This document shows positions 40,444 through 51,595 of a stretch of 64,000 nt of DNA, in pieces. Position numbers and translations under genes: made by a program. Source of the stretch: Nitrosomonas sp. Lineage in GTDB: Bacteria > Pseudomonadota > Gammaproteobacteria > Burkholderiales > Nitrosomonadaceae. The stretch is taken from positions 6,090-70,089 of the forward strand of contig NZ_JAMWZS010000008.1 of assembly GCF_024282095.1 (NCBI RefSeq), in the 5' to 3' direction. The notes under the pieces were generated by a model that worked only from the letters and a program-made list of their open reading frames with translations, was not told where the DNA came from and ran no database searches. How positions within the stretch are numbered: position 1 is the first letter of the stretch; every line of letters begins with the position of its first letter.

Positions 40444-40965
40444 TCACAGTAATTCTTGATGGGTGGAAGCTTTCATGGATTTTTCCGTTTCCACCAAGCG
40501 CTTGATATTCTGGACCGTTCGCTCAGCGCCATCCTTGATGGCAGCACGGACTAATCCCTCGAAAGGTCGCATGATCGCCAGAATTTCAAGCAGCTCAAAA
40601 GAGAATGTCAGTTTGGTTGAATGTTCAGGATTGATAACCTGTAATTCATACGTACAACGAAAAGGATCGGAAATCCCGACCAGTGTTAAACGCACGCCGG
40701 GCTCATACGTAGAAATTTTAAATTTCGATTCGGTACGACGCCCTTGGTCGATACGCACTTGCCGCCCTTCGGTTCCTAACTTTACCGGGCCTGGGGTGAT
40801 CTGTTGAAGTTCTTTAACTTCTGGCGACCATTTGGGATAATTTTCGAACAGGCCGTCTCCAAGATACCGAAAAATTTCACCGGCCGGACACTCCACGACA
40901 GTATGCGCTCTACCTATGACCGGCTCGGTGGAGCCTAAATTGAGCATAGAACCTAAATTGAACAT
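40444..40965 (-). CDS. SRPBCC/START-like (polyketide cyclase/dehydrase) family protein
   Basis: IFRYLGD...NYPKWSPEVKE...GPVKLGT, size 173 aa, C-terminal helix. Confidence 0.75.
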   Translation of the reverse strand: MFNLGSMLNLGSTEPVIGRAHTVVECPAGEIFRYLGDGLFENYPKWSPEVKELQQITPGPVKLGTEGRQVRIDQGRRTESKFKISTYEPGVRLTLVGISDPFRCTYELQVINPEHSTKLTFSFELLEILAIMRPFEGLVRAAIKDGAERTVQNIKRLVETEKSMKASTHQELL

Positions 40966-41077
40966 ATTGCTTGCCCCTTTCTGACCGACGGATGCCCAGA
41001 ATCAGTGTAATGATTGGCAATTAGCTGAGACGTTAAACGAATAAAGAATCGATTTCAAGCACTTTTAGGATCTGGTC

Positions 41078-42022
41078 TTATCTAAAAGACCACTCACTAT
41101 TAGCCAGAATATTCAGTGCAACTTGGCTAAATCGTTTCGCAAATAAATCTGCAAAACCTTCGTGAGGTGTGAAGTCAACCAATACTTCCGCATTAATTAT
41201 TTCACGTGCAACATATTCCGCACTACCTAGCGCATCAGTAAGCCCTAAATCAATACTTTTTTGCCCCGTCCATACGATACCGCTGAATATATCCGGTGCA
41301 TCTTTTAAACGTTCGCCTCTACCTTGCCGCACTACATGGATAAATTGTTCATGAATTTCTTTTAACATAGCTGTCGCATGATTTTTCTGAACTGGATCCA
41401 TCGGTGTAAAAGGATCAAGAAATCCTTTATTCTCACCCGCCGTTAGTAAACGCCTCTCAACACCTAATTTTTCTAAAGTGCCGGCAAAACCGAAACCGTC
41501 CATTAGAACACCGATTGAACCTACCAAACTTGCTTTATCTACAAAGATTTTATCTGCAGCAGCAGCCACATAATAACCGCCTGAAGCGCAAATATCCCCA
41601 ATCACTGCATAAAGCGGTATCTCAGGGTATTTAACCCGCAGTCTCTTTATTTCATCATAAATATAACCCGCTTGCACCGGGCTTCCACCGGGGCTATTAA
41701 TTCGTAATATAACTCCCTGAGTATTCTTGTCTTTAAACGCAGATTGCAGGCTGGCATTGATTTTATCAGCACTACTAGCACTATCCGCAGTTATGATTCC
41801 TCGCAAGTCAATGAGTGCTGTATGTTTATCAGTGATTCGTATTTTTCCATTATCAATCCACCCTAATGCAGCAAATAACAACGCAAAAATATATATAAAG
41901 AATAATAACTTAAAAAATATCCCCCAATTACGTGCACGACGCTGCTCACGTACGGATGCCAAGACAATATTTTCTAATAAATTTTTTTCCCAACCCTCAT
42001 TCTTCACTTTCGGTTCATCCAT
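41078..42022 (-). CDS. S49 family signal peptide peptidase (SppA-like)
   Basis: LRINSPGGSP, DICASGGYY, VGSIGV, AGENKGFLDPF. Confidence 0.9.
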   Translation of the reverse strand: MDEPKVKNEGWEKNLLENIVLASVREQRRARNWGIFFKLLFFIYIFALLFAALGWIDNGKIRITDKHTALIDLRGIITADSASSADKINASLQSAFKDKNTQGVILRINSPGGSPVQAGYIYDEIKRLRVKYPEIPLYAVIGDICASGGYYVAAAADKIFVDKASLVGSIGVLMDGFGFAGTLEKLGVERRLLTAGENKGFLDPFTPMDPVQKNHATAMLKEIHEQFIHVVRQGRGERLKDAPDIFSGIVWTGQKSIDLGLTDALGSAEYVAREIINAEVLVDFTPHEGFADLFAKRFSQVALNILANSEWSFR

Positions 42023-42249
42023 TTATACATACTCACAAATCAAAATTAGAATTACTGCAGTCTAAACTAATAAGCTGAATTATCACAATCATAAGAAAAT
42101 GAAATAGTAATAAATTTCGCGTTCTCTGAATAAATGAAATTTACCGTGATGACAAGATATTGATGCTAATTAAAAACTGCTTCCTTCTGCTAATTCAGAA
42201 TTGACCAATTGATCTTTGCACGGCGAAAAGCAGGACAAAACTGGCGGAT

Positions 42250-42370
42250 GATGTGCGCAAAATTCACACCGCCCCTGCGAACCAGAGCGAAATGACACAT
42301 TTCGAAGCAGTCATCGATGGCGCGCACAAAAAGTATCTGCATGAATCTGAAAAAGCTGCCAACAAAATTT
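42250..42370 (+). pseudogene. Short IS5-family transposase remnant
   Basis: VRKIHTAPANQSEMTHFEAVIDG, followed closely by ICMNL/KAANKI across a frameshift; resembles the middle and extreme C-terminal motifs of IS5-type transposases with the intervening part missing. Confidence 0.4.
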
Positions 42371-42915
42371 TCGAGGATAAGCCACCAAGGAGGGCAACCC
42401 GTCCAAATGCTGCACAAACAATCCCCGTGGCAAGACCACGGGGAATCGCAAGTTAAATCTTCTTCAGGTCTGATCAATCAATATCATCCCCTAATTGCGC
42501 AGTAGTTGTGAATAAATGACCACAAATACATCTATAAATACAATAAGATACTGCCTATTGAATTAAATTCCTGAACAGAAAACAGCAGATTCAATTAGAA
42601 ACAATACAGGTCTGTTGGGTCCAAGACCGGAATTATCTTGAATAAGATGACAAATGCATTGTATTTAATTGATAATTAAAGAAATAAGCAAATCTTATAG
42701 CCAGAAAAGCAACAGCCATGTTGTCTATTTACAACATAGTTGTTATTTAATTTACAAAATTTGCTTGTTTTCCTTGCGATACACTTCCGTGTTGGGCACA
42801 ATCCAATCAAACCCTCCAACATGGAGGGTCCGAACAACGGGGTACATTCCATCGGAGTGTAGCAAGGCAAAAAGAGACACCCCCAGTCGCTTTAACATTA
42901 AAGGAGAACTTCCGT

Positions 42916-44112
42916 ATGAAGAAGAAACTTATTTCGCTGGCAGTAGCCGGTGCACTTGCAGTCCCAATGGTTGCATCAGCACAAGGAACCAATGTAACAC
43001 TTTTCGGTAGTGTTCAGGCTGAATATGCTACGGTTAACCGCGATAAACAAAGTAGTCAAGCCCATATCGGTGATGATACCGGCAAATCAAGATGGGGTAT
43101 GCATGTCACCGAAAACTTGGGCGGTGGATTAAAAGCGAAAGCACATGTTGAATATGGCTTCAGTACAGGCAGTGGTGCTCTAGGTATTGCACGGGAAAGA
43201 TGGGTTGGGTTGGCTAACGACAACTGGGGTGAAGTGAAATTTGGTCGCGTTCAATCTCCATTTAAAGATTTTGCCGGTGGTAATACCATTGATGCATTTT
43301 CATACACAACTCTGCAAGCTTCCGGCAGCGGCGGTACCATGACTGCATCAGCCAATGGTTTAGGATCAGGTGCGAATGGTTTCGTGAACAGTGCTGTTCG
43401 TTATGATTCACCAAAAGTTGAAGGCTTCAGCTTCGCAGGTATATTGATGCCAGGCGACTCCAACAGATTAGACCCAGCTAACATTATCGCTGCAACAGGC
43501 CCTTACGCTGGAAGCAACTCTAATTCTGGTGGTGAAGATGGTGAATGGGACTTCCAAGTCGCAGGTAAATATGAAGCGAAAGTAGCAGGACATAACCTAG
43601 GTGCGTTTGGTGGATACTCTCGTGATAACATCAGTACCCGTCAAAGAACAAATTTAGGTTTGACTAACAATGAGCATGTGTGGCGTGGTGGTTTGATGTG
43701 GGGTTTCCAAAACTTCAAACTCAGCGGTCAATACGAAAGAGTTAGCAACGCGGTGGGTGCAGCAAGTTGTACCAATGCTGCTGCATTAGGCAATCCAGCA
43801 ACAGGCTTGGGTGATTCACGCGGACAGTGTAATTCAGCGATGAATCTGGGTGGTGATGGACATCTGTGGTTTGCGGGTGGTCAGTATGATTGGGGCAACA
43901 CCAGCTTTATCGCTCAAGGCGGTATGACAGATGCCAATGCAACTGCTCTCGCAGCAAAACGCGAAGTGAGCAGCTTCACGGTTGGTTTGATACATAATCT
44001 CAGCAAACGCTCTAGCCTTTTTGGCGGTTACCAACGCGCAATGGTAGATGATAGAAATTCATTATTCAGAGATAGCAATACCTATTCAGTGGGTATGCGT
44101 CACAATTTCTAA
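42916..44112 (+). CDS. Trimeric outer-membrane porin (betaproteobacterial type)
   Basis: AAGGAG SD; signal peptide ending ASA; NVTLFGSVQ, LGGGLKA, EVKFGR, VRYDSP; C-terminal GMRHNF. Confidence 0.92.
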   Translation: MKKKLISLAVAGALAVPMVASAQGTNVTLFGSVQAEYATVNRDKQSSQAHIGDDTGKSRWGMHVTENLGGGLKAKAHVEYGFSTGSGALGIARERWVGLANDNWGEVKFGRVQSPFKDFAGGNTIDAFSYTTLQASGSGGTMTASANGLGSGANGFVNSAVRYDSPKVEGFSFAGILMPGDSNRLDPANIIAATGPYAGSNSNSGGEDGEWDFQVAGKYEAKVAGHNLGAFGGYSRDNISTRQRTNLGLTNNEHVWRGGLMWGFQNFKLSGQYERVSNAVGAASCTNAAALGNPATGLGDSRGQCNSAMNLGGDGHLWFAGGQYDWGNTSFIAQGGMTDANATALAAKREVSSFTVGLIHNLSKRSSLFGGYQRAMVDDRNSLFRDSNTYSVGMRHNF

Positions 44113-44131
44113 TCAGCAGAGTTGACTTAAT

Positions 44132-44159
44132 AAAAAAGGCACCAATTGGTGCCTTTTTT
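44132..44159 (+). terminator. Rho-independent terminator of the porin gene
   Basis: AAAAAAGGCACC-AATT-GGTGCCTTTTTT. Confidence 0.88.
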
Positions 44160-44260
44160 ATTTTTAGAAAGAAATATAGTAAATCTGATTAGTCTTTTTC
44201 CTGCTGTAAATTTATACTTCAGGAAATTACTGAAAAACTTTTAGCGGAGATTGTGTAGTT

Positions 44261-44707
44261 ATGAGTATGAAAAAATGGACTGATGAAGAACTGATCACTA
44301 CGCGTGATAGCCTTGAAGCATGGAACAGTCGAAATAATAGTTCAGGATCCGGTTCAAAATTATGGTTATTTACAGCATTCTTAGGGGCATTTGCCATTTC
44401 AACCGGAGTAGCATTTTTCTTTCTTGATGGCATTGATGTCATGAATGTCCTATTAATAATTATGGGTACGGTCACATGTGCATCTTGGTATAAAAGTGAA
44501 AAACAGCGTAAAGATAATATTGCATTTCTTGCTGAGATCAATAAGGAGATTAAATCTCGCAAGGTAAAAGATACGCCGAAACATAAAGATAAAACCGATA
44601 CGACAGCAAAAGAGATTAAAGAAAATTCTCGGGAGGATTCATCCGTAACAGAATCCCAACCTACCGAAAAGACGCTTGAGAAAGTGGAAGAAAAATCCGG
44701 GAATTAG
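44261..44707 (+). CDS. Hypothetical 2-TM membrane protein with charged C-tail
   Basis: 148 aa; two hydrophobic stretches followed by a K/E-rich tail. Confidence 0.7.
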   Translation: MSMKKWTDEELITTRDSLEAWNSRNNSSGSGSKLWLFTAFLGAFAISTGVAFFFLDGIDVMNVLLIIMGTVTCASWYKSEKQRKDNIAFLAEINKEIKSRKVKDTPKHKDKTDTTAKEIKENSREDSSVTESQPTEKTLEKVEEKSGN

Positions 44708-44714
44708 TTCAGGT

Positions 44715-45281
44715 ATGAAAATAAGTAATTTATTGGCAACATTTGTGCAATTCATTACCTTCAGAACATCTCACGCAGAAAATAGCTTATCTAACGGTAA
44801 CATAAATCTTACATCGGATTTGAACCAAAATGACCGCCAACTTTTTGAAGCTTTGTGTCAATTCTTGTGGATCCAGGGCGGTCCATTGCCACTGATCTTT
44901 GACGTGGCGGATGTGGTTTATACAAAACAAGGGATTACATCAGCAACATTAAAACATCTTGAAGCAATTGGTTTACTTATTTTCGACACCAATGGTTTCG
45001 TTAAAAAGGGATTTGGTAAGCATACACGGCTATTTTACTGCGGTAAGCCGACAAAAATAGGTTTCCAGCATGATGCAAATAATTACCTGGATTTAGGGCA
45101 TGTCGTGCTTACAGAGCGCGGCAAAAAATTGGCTTTGACTTATCAAACACCAAGAAATCAGGAATTTTATGAGTACGTCATCAAAAGATGGTTTCAGCAG
45201 GGATTGATCTTATCATCCATACAAATTGATCGGAATCCACGAACCGATTTCGTTGGTCGCGCCTGTTCGATTAAAGAATAA
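44715..45281 (+). CDS. Hypothetical protein, possibly related to the C-terminal part of DUF2806-type proteins
   Basis: LFEALCQF...PLIFDV....LKHLEAIGLL...LDLGHVVLTERGKKL...FYEYV pattern recognised from memory only; ATG 44715 lies 7 nt after the upstream stop. Confidence 0.55.
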   Translation: MKISNLLATFVQFITFRTSHAENSLSNGNINLTSDLNQNDRQLFEALCQFLWIQGGPLPLIFDVADVVYTKQGITSATLKHLEAIGLLIFDTNGFVKKGFGKHTRLFYCGKPTKIGFQHDANNYLDLGHVVLTERGKKLALTYQTPRNQEFYEYVIKRWFQQGLILSSIQIDRNPRTDFVGRACSIKE

Positions 45282-46542
45282 GAATGGCGCGATAATCATT
45301 GACATTGGTATAGGTCGGTCCAGTCACCACCAAATCATTTAGGTGCCGGAAGAATGTATAAGCATCATTATTGGCTAACAATGCGGCAGCATTCAATCCA
45401 AGCGCCTTGGCGCGAATGAGTGAATCAGGCGTCATGAGTGCCCCGGCGTTGTTTGCTGTGCCATCTATCCCATCGGTATCACAAGCAAGTGCATAAATCT
45501 TCTCCAGACCAGCAAGCTCAATCAGCAGTGACAATAAAAACTCTGAATTACGACCTCCGCGTCCCTTGCCCCGGATAGTGACTGTCGTTTCGCCACCTGA
45601 TAACAGCGCTATTGGCGCCTTTAACAATTGCGGATGTAAGCGGATTTCTTTGGCAAGCGCTGCATAGCCTTTGGCAATTTCCCGGGATTCCCCAGTTACT
45701 GTATCGCCGAGTATCAAGGTGGCAATGTTGAGACTTTGGAAATAATCCGCTGCTGCCATCAGTGATTGATGAGCATTGGCAATAATTCTGTTTTCAACAT
45801 GGGTGAAAATGGAAGCATCGGGCTTAGGCGTTTCATCGACTGCGCGTTCCGCTCCTGTCAATAAAATCTGCCTGACCGCTGGCGATACATCCAAATGGTA
45901 GCGATCAAGCACAGCCAGTGCATCAGAGAAGGTGGTTGGATCTGGTGCGCAGGGACCAGAAGCAATATGGGTTGCTGCATCTCCGGTCACATCCGAGATA
46001 ATTAACGCCAGTATGGGAGCCTTGCAAGCTGCAGCCAGCTTGCCGCCTTGGATGGCCGACAAGTGTTTGCGGACGGTGTTGATCTCCTGAATGCTGGCAC
46101 CACATCGCAATAATTGCTGAGTAATCTCTTGGAGTTCCTGCAATGAAACACCAACGATCGGTAGAGAAAGCAGGCTGGATCCCCCGCCACTGAACAAGCA
46201 TAGTAGTAGATCTTCGGATTTTAACGCTTTGACCGCAGCCAAAATCTCTCGTGATGCCAGTTCCCCGTTTTCGTCAGGAATGGGGTGCCCGGCTTCGATC
46301 ACCCTGATTTTATGCGTGGGGAGTGCATGCCCATAACGGGTGACAACCAAACCATCCAGTTGCGCATTGGCAGGCCAGGAATTCTCAACCGCCAACGCCA
46401 TAGCCGCAGATGCTTTACCAGCACCGACAACGAGCGTGCGACCTCGCGGAGGATCCGGTAGATGTTGTGGTATGATATGCAGCGGATCGGCTGCTTTAAC
46501 CGCGACTGAGAAACTTTCCAGCAAGCAGCTGCGCGGATTCAT
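45271..46542 (-). CDS. Glycerate kinase, MOFRL family (glycerate 2-kinase/TtuD-like)
   Basis: [67 protein letters not shown]. Confidence 0.9.
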   Translation of the reverse strand: MNPRSCLLESFSVAVKAADPLHIIPQHLPDPPRGRTLVVGAGKASAAMALAVENSWPANAQLDGLVVTRYGHALPTHKIRVIEAGHPIPDENGELASREILAAVKALKSEDLLLCLFSGGGSSLLSLPIVGVSLQELQEITQQLLRCGASIQEINTVRKHLSAIQGGKLAAACKAPILALIISDVTGDAATHIASGPCAPDPTTFSDALAVLDRYHLDVSPAVRQILLTGAERAVDETPKPDASIFTHVENRIIANAHQSLMAAADYFQSLNIATLILGDTVTGESREIAKGYAALAKEIRLHPQLLKAPIALLSGGETTVTIRGKGRGGRNSEFLLSLLIELAGLEKIYALACDTDGIDGTANNAGALMTPDSLIRAKALGLNAAALLANNDAYTFFRHLNDLVVTGPTYTNVNDYRAILIL

Positions 46543-49358
46543 TTTGCGAGCATGGGTTGCAGGTAATGGCCGGTAAAACTGTTGTTATTGGCTGCGATTG
46601 CTTCAGGCGTGCCTTCAGCGATGATACAACCGCCGCCGTCGCCGCCTTCCGGCCCTAAGTCAATAATCCAGTCCGCAGTTTTGATGACATCCAGATTATG
46701 CTCAATCACTACCACGGTATTACCATGATCCCGCAGTCTGTGTAACACTTTCAGCAGTAGATCAATATCCTGAAAATGCAAACCCGTAGTCGGTTCATCC
46801 AGAATATACAGCGTACGTCCCGTGTCACGTTTGGAAAGCTCCAGCGATAACTTTACCCGCTGCGCTTCACCACCGGAGAGCGTCGTAGCGGATTGTCCCA
46901 GCGTAATATAGCCAAGCCCCACTTGCAGAAGTGTTTGTAATTTACGTGCAACGACCGGTACTGCATTGAAAAATTCAAATGCATTTTCCACAGTCATCTG
47001 CAGTACTTCATTGATATTCTTGCCTTTATACTGAATCTCCAGGGTTTCACGATTATACCGTCGGCCATGGCATACGTCGCAGGTGACATAGATATCCGGC
47101 AGAAAATGCATTTCCACCTTGATCACGCCATCGCCCTGACACGCTTCGCATCGTCCGCCTTTGACATTGAAGGAAAACCGGCCAGGCGCATAACCGCGTT
47201 CGCGCGCCTGTGGTACACCGGCAAACAACTCGCGGATGGGTGTAAATAGCCCAGTGTAAGTCGCAGGATTGGAACGGGGCGTGCGTCCGATAGGGCTTTG
47301 GTCCATATTGATGACTTTATCGAAAAAAGCCAGACCTTCAATGTGTTGATAGGGTGCGGGTTCGGCATTGCTGGCATACAGGTGCCGGGCCACTGCGCGA
47401 TGCAGTGTTTCATTAATGAGCGTCGACTTGCCGGATCCAGAAACGCCAGTCACACAGACAAACAATCCTACCGGTAGATTCAGTGTGACGTTTTTGAGAT
47501 TATTACCGGATGCACCATCAATGCGCAGTATTCGATCTTTAATCAGCTCGTGACGTTGCTCCGGTATTTTGATCGATAATTTCCCCGATAAGTATTTGCC
47601 GGTCAGAGAATCGCTATTTTCCTGGATAGCTTGCGGATCGCCCTGAGCGACAATAAAGCCACCGTGCTCTCCAGCGCCGGGCCCCATATCCACCACATAA
47701 TCCGCAATTTGTATGGCATCCTGATCATGTTCAACCACAATGACGCTATTGCCGAGGTCACGCAGATTTTTAAGCGTATCCAACAGGCGACCATTATCGC
47801 GTTGATGCAAACCAATGGAAGGTTCATCCAGAACATACATGACACCGGTCAAGCCGGAGCCGATTTGACTGGCGAGGCGGATACGCTGGGATTCACCGCC
47901 AGACAACGTATCCGCCGACCGATCCAGCGATAAATAATCCAATCCGACATTGTTGAGAAATTGCAGGCGGCTGGAAATTTCCTTGATGATCCGCTCAGCA
48001 ATCGATTGTTTCTGACCTGATAATTGGATTTGGTCAAAAAATAGTTTGGCTGCTTTCAACGGGAAAGCACTAATTTCAAAAATCGCCTGCCCGGCAACAT
48101 GCACATGACGCGCAGCCCGGCATAAACGCGTACCCTGGCATTCCGGACAGGTTTGTGCATTGAGATATTTTGATAACTCTTCACGCACGGTCTGCGATTC
48201 TGTTTCCTTATAACGCCTTGTTAGATTGGGGATGATTCCTTCAAAAGCATGTGTCTCCTGGTGCTTCTTCCCCCCTTCCGTTAAATAGGAAAAATGTATT
48301 TTTTCTTTACCGGAGCCCTGCAGAACGATGTTCTGAATAGAGTCATCCAGATTTTCAAATGGCGTTTCCAAGTCAAATTCATAATGTTTGGAGAGACTTG
48401 TTAATAGTTGGAAGTAAAACTGATTGCGTCGATCCCAATTTTTTACCGCACCTGCGGCCAGTGAAAGATGTGGAAAAGCGACTACGCGCGCTGGATCAAA
48501 AAAGGTGATTTGCCCCAGACCGTCACATTTGTGACAAGCGCCCAATGGGTTATTGAATGAAAATAACCTGGGTTCTAATTCGGACAACGAATAACTGCAC
48601 ACGGGACAACTGAATTTGGCGGAAAAAAGGTGTTCCTGGCCGGTATCCATTTCAACTGCTAACGCACGTCCATCGGAATGGCGTAATGCCACTTCAAATG
48701 ATTCAGCAAGCCGTTGCTTGGCATCCGGAGCAACCTTCAGGCGATCAATGACAACCTCAATCGTATGTTTCTTAGTTTTCTGCAATTTGGGCATTGCATC
48801 AATTTCATACACTTCTCCGTCAATCCGTAAGCGGATGAAACCTTGCGCGCGCAGCTCATCAAATAACTCAACCTGTTCACCTTTGCGTTCCACGATCAAC
48901 GGTGAAAGAATCATCAAGCGCGTGTCAAGTGGAAGTTGCAGCACATGATCGACCATTTGCGAAACGCTTTGTGCGGTCAGGATAATATTGTGCTCTGGGC
49001 AGTGCGGATCACCGACCCGGGCAAACAGCAAACGCAGATAATCATGAATTTCAGTCACTGTGCCTACCGTCGAGCGTGGGTTATGCGAAGTTGCTTTTTG
49101 TTCGATGGCAATTGCAGGTGAAAGCCCCTCAATCAAATCAACATCGGGTTTTTCCATGAGTTGAAGAAACTGTCTCGCATAGGCTGAAAGTGATTCCACA
49201 TAGCGGCGCTGACCTTCCGCATAGAGCGTATCGAATGCCAGTGAGGATTTGCCCGACCCTGATAGCCCGGTAATGACAACGAGCTTGTTACGTGGCAGAT
49301 CGAGCTGAATGTTTTTCAGATTGTGGGTGCGCGCCCCGCGTATTTTTATGGATTCCAT
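46539..49358 (-). CDS. uvrA: Excinuclease ABC subunit A
   Basis: Two ABC ATPase motifs ([20 protein letters not shown]), Zn fingers, LSGGESQR / LSGGEAQR. Confidence 0.98.
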   Translation of the reverse strand: MESIKIRGARTHNLKNIQLDLPRNKLVVITGLSGSGKSSLAFDTLYAEGQRRYVESLSAYARQFLQLMEKPDVDLIEGLSPAIAIEQKATSHNPRSTVGTVTEIHDYLRLLFARVGDPHCPEHNIILTAQSVSQMVDHVLQLPLDTRLMILSPLIVERKGEQVELFDELRAQGFIRLRIDGEVYEIDAMPKLQKTKKHTIEVVIDRLKVAPDAKQRLAESFEVALRHSDGRALAVEMDTGQEHLFSAKFSCPVCSYSLSELEPRLFSFNNPLGACHKCDGLGQITFFDPARVVAFPHLSLAAGAVKNWDRRNQFYFQLLTSLSKHYEFDLETPFENLDDSIQNIVLQGSGKEKIHFSYLTEGGKKHQETHAFEGIIPNLTRRYKETESQTVREELSKYLNAQTCPECQGTRLCRAARHVHVAGQAIFEISAFPLKAAKLFFDQIQLSGQKQSIAERIIKEISSRLQFLNNVGLDYLSLDRSADTLSGGESQRIRLASQIGSGLTGVMYVLDEPSIGLHQRDNGRLLDTLKNLRDLGNSVIVVEHDQDAIQIADYVVDMGPGAGEHGGFIVAQGDPQAIQENSDSLTGKYLSGKLSIKIPEQRHELIKDRILRIDGASGNNLKNVTLNLPVGLFVCVTGVSGSGKSTLINETLHRAVARHLYASNAEPAPYQHIEGLAFFDKVINMDQSPIGRTPRSNPATYTGLFTPIRELFAGVPQARERGYAPGRFSFNVKGGRCEACQGDGVIKVEMHFLPDIYVTCDVCHGRRYNRETLEIQYKGKNINEVLQMTVENAFEFFNAVPVVARKLQTLLQVGLGYITLGQSATTLSGGEAQRVKLSLELSKRDTGRTLYILDEPTTGLHFQDIDLLLKVLHRLRDHGNTVVVIEHNLDVIKTADWIIDLGPEGGDGGGCIIAEGTPEAIAANNNSFTGHYLQPMLAK

Positions 49359-49424
49359 GAACTATCTATGTATGAGTCAACCTGCTAATATACCCAACTT
49401 TTTGGAAATATCACAACCTGATTC

Positions 49425-50810
49425 ATGTCTGCATCAACTTCATCTGAAAAAATGTCTCCAGAGGAACTGCGCGCGACCATCGGTCTGGCAGGCGTTTATG
49501 GCTTGCGAATGTTTGGATTATTTATCATTTTGCCGGTATTTGCTTTTTATGCTGAAGACTTGCCCGGTGGAAACAACTACACGCTGGTCGGCATTGCCCT
49601 AGGGGCATATGGCTTGACACAAGCCATTTTGCAAATTCCTTTCGGTTGGTTGTCGGATCGTATCGGGCGTAAGCCCGTCATTTATTTGGGTTTGATTTTG
49701 TTTGCGATTGGCAGTCTGATTGCTGCTGTCGCAATCGATATTTACTGGGTAATACTGGGACGTATCATTCAAGGTGCCGGCGCAATCTCGGCTGCTGTGA
49801 TGGCGCTCGCAGCGGATCTTACACGCGAAGAACATCGCACTAAAGCTATGGCAACCATCGGTATGACCATTGGCACTGTTTTCGCCATTTCTTTAATTGC
49901 CGCTCCAGTATTGAATCAATGGATCGGTGTGCCAGGAATCTTTGCCATGACGGGCGTATTAGCGTTGCTAGCAATGATTGTGGTCAACAAAATTATCCCT
50001 GATCCGCAAATCAGCCGTTTTCATTCGGATACGGAGGCATCGCCTGCAAGTTTTGGCAGCGTATTGCGCGATACACAGTTGTTGCGTTTAAATTACGGCA
50101 TTTTCGCTTTACATGCCACGTTGATGGCGTTATGGTTGGTTGTGCCACTCACTTTACGCCAGGCAGGGATGGCAGCCGACGATCATTGGCAGATTTATCT
50201 ACCGGTTCTGTTGTTGTCGATTGTATTAATTATTCCGGCAATTATTTACGCCGAGAAAAAAGCAAAGTTAAAATTTGTATTTATTGCGGCTATCGCTATG
50301 TTGTTGATAGGACAGATATTGCTGGCAATTAACTTTGATTCAATCTGGGGTACAGCCTTTGCATTATTGGTTTTTTTTACGGCATTCAATTTGCTGGAAG
50401 CCAGCTTGCCATCTCTGATTTCGAAGATTGCACCGGTTGGTGCAAAGGGAACAGCGATCGGTGTCTACAGTAGCACGCAGTTTTTGGGTGCTTTTGCAGG
50501 AGCAGCAGCGGGTGGTTATTTATTTGGAGTGTATGGAAGCTACGCGTTATACACATTTTGCGGATCATTACTGATCGTATGGTTGATACTTGCAGTCACG
50601 ATGAAAGCCCCAGCTGCGGTGCGTTCCAAGATGTATCATGTGCAAGAAATGGATTTGGATAAATCCAGAGAGTTATCACGTCAGCTTGCGGCAATATCAG
50701 GTGTATATGAAGCCTTGGTGCTGGCTAACGAAGGCGTCGCCTATCTAAAAGTGGATATGGAAGGCTTTGATGAAGAAAAAGTGATTAAATTGCTTGAGGA
50801 GGAAACATAA
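49425..50810 (+). CDS. MFS transporter (YajR-like)
   Basis: GWLSDRIGRKP motif A, about 12 TM, C-terminal soluble domain; uvrA-MFS-ssb synteny. Confidence 0.88.
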   Translation: MSASTSSEKMSPEELRATIGLAGVYGLRMFGLFIILPVFAFYAEDLPGGNNYTLVGIALGAYGLTQAILQIPFGWLSDRIGRKPVIYLGLILFAIGSLIAAVAIDIYWVILGRIIQGAGAISAAVMALAADLTREEHRTKAMATIGMTIGTVFAISLIAAPVLNQWIGVPGIFAMTGVLALLAMIVVNKIIPDPQISRFHSDTEASPASFGSVLRDTQLLRLNYGIFALHATLMALWLVVPLTLRQAGMAADDHWQIYLPVLLLSIVLIIPAIIYAEKKAKLKFVFIAAIAMLLIGQILLAINFDSIWGTAFALLVFFTAFNLLEASLPSLISKIAPVGAKGTAIGVYSSTQFLGAFAGAAAGGYLFGVYGSYALYTFCGSLLIVWLILAVTMKAPAAVRSKMYHVQEMDLDKSRELSRQLAAISGVYEALVLANEGVAYLKVDMEGFDEEKVIKLLEEET

Positions 50811-51260
50811 ATGGCATCAGTCAATAAAGTCATACTCATTGGTAACTTGGGAAAAGACCCGGAAACCCGCTACATGTCAAATGGTGATGCAGTGACCAAT
50901 ATTACAGTAGCGACGACGGATACCTGGAAAGACAAGAATGGTGAAAAGCAGGAAAAGACTGAATGGCATCGTGTGACGTTTTATCGCAAACTTGCAGAAA
51001 TTGCAGGAGAATACTTAAAGAAAGGTCGCTCTGTTTATATTGAGGGCAGACTGGAAACCAGAAAATGGACGGATAAAAACGGCGTGGAACGTTATACGAC
51101 GGATATTATTGCAAACGATATGAAAATGCTGGGCAATCGATCAGGAAGCGGTAGCTTCGAATCACCTGATCATGAAGAAGACAATTCTGCTCCTAATCGA
51201 TCTTCTTCAGCCAAGGGTGCCAGTGGATTTGATGATATGGATGATGATATCCCGTTCTAA
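50811..51260 (+). CDS. ssb: Single-stranded DNA-binding protein
   Basis: [34 protein letters not shown]-terminal DDDIPF. Confidence 0.97.
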   Translation: MASVNKVILIGNLGKDPETRYMSNGDAVTNITVATTDTWKDKNGEKQEKTEWHRVTFYRKLAEIAGEYLKKGRSVYIEGRLETRKWTDKNGVERYTTDIIANDMKMLGNRSGSGSFESPDHEEDNSAPNRSSSAKGASGFDDMDDDIPF

Positions 51261-51284
51261 GCGAACGGGGCGAATCAGTGTAAT

Positions 51285-51491
51285 TTAATGTCTGTCAGGG
51301 AGTTGAAGTATTCCTTCTCGGAAATCTGATCCAGAGATACTTGATTGGCGACGGGGAGGTAATGAAAATTCAATACTTTCTATACTGCCACCAATTGCTT
51401 TAGCCATATTTCTGAACTCCACTGCGAGCATACATTTGGGAACAATGAATGTTTGCTTAAATCCAGATTTGAAATTAACAAGAATTTTCAT
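51285..51491 (-). CDS. Small hypothetical protein, 68 aa
   Basis: MKILVNFKSGFKQTFIVP...; sits alone in an intergenic gap with protein-like composition; weak SD. Confidence 0.4.
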   Translation of the reverse strand: MKILVNFKSGFKQTFIVPKCMLAVEFRNMAKAIGGSIESIEFSLPPRRQSSISGSDFREGILQLPDRH

Positions 51492-51595
51492 AACGTTATT
51501 CCAGGTAAGTTTGATTTATTTAAGAATTTGACCAATGATTTCATAGCGGTGCTATTAATTATTTTGATTCTAACGACTTAAGTAAATTAAACTTT

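Noticed and set aside
42669-43010. 113-aa ORF overlapping the porin start
   Set aside because: Different frame overlapping a clear gene, no SD or motif.
49359-49424. Search for a LexA box (CTGT-N8-ACAG) upstream of uvrA
   Set aside because: No match seen.
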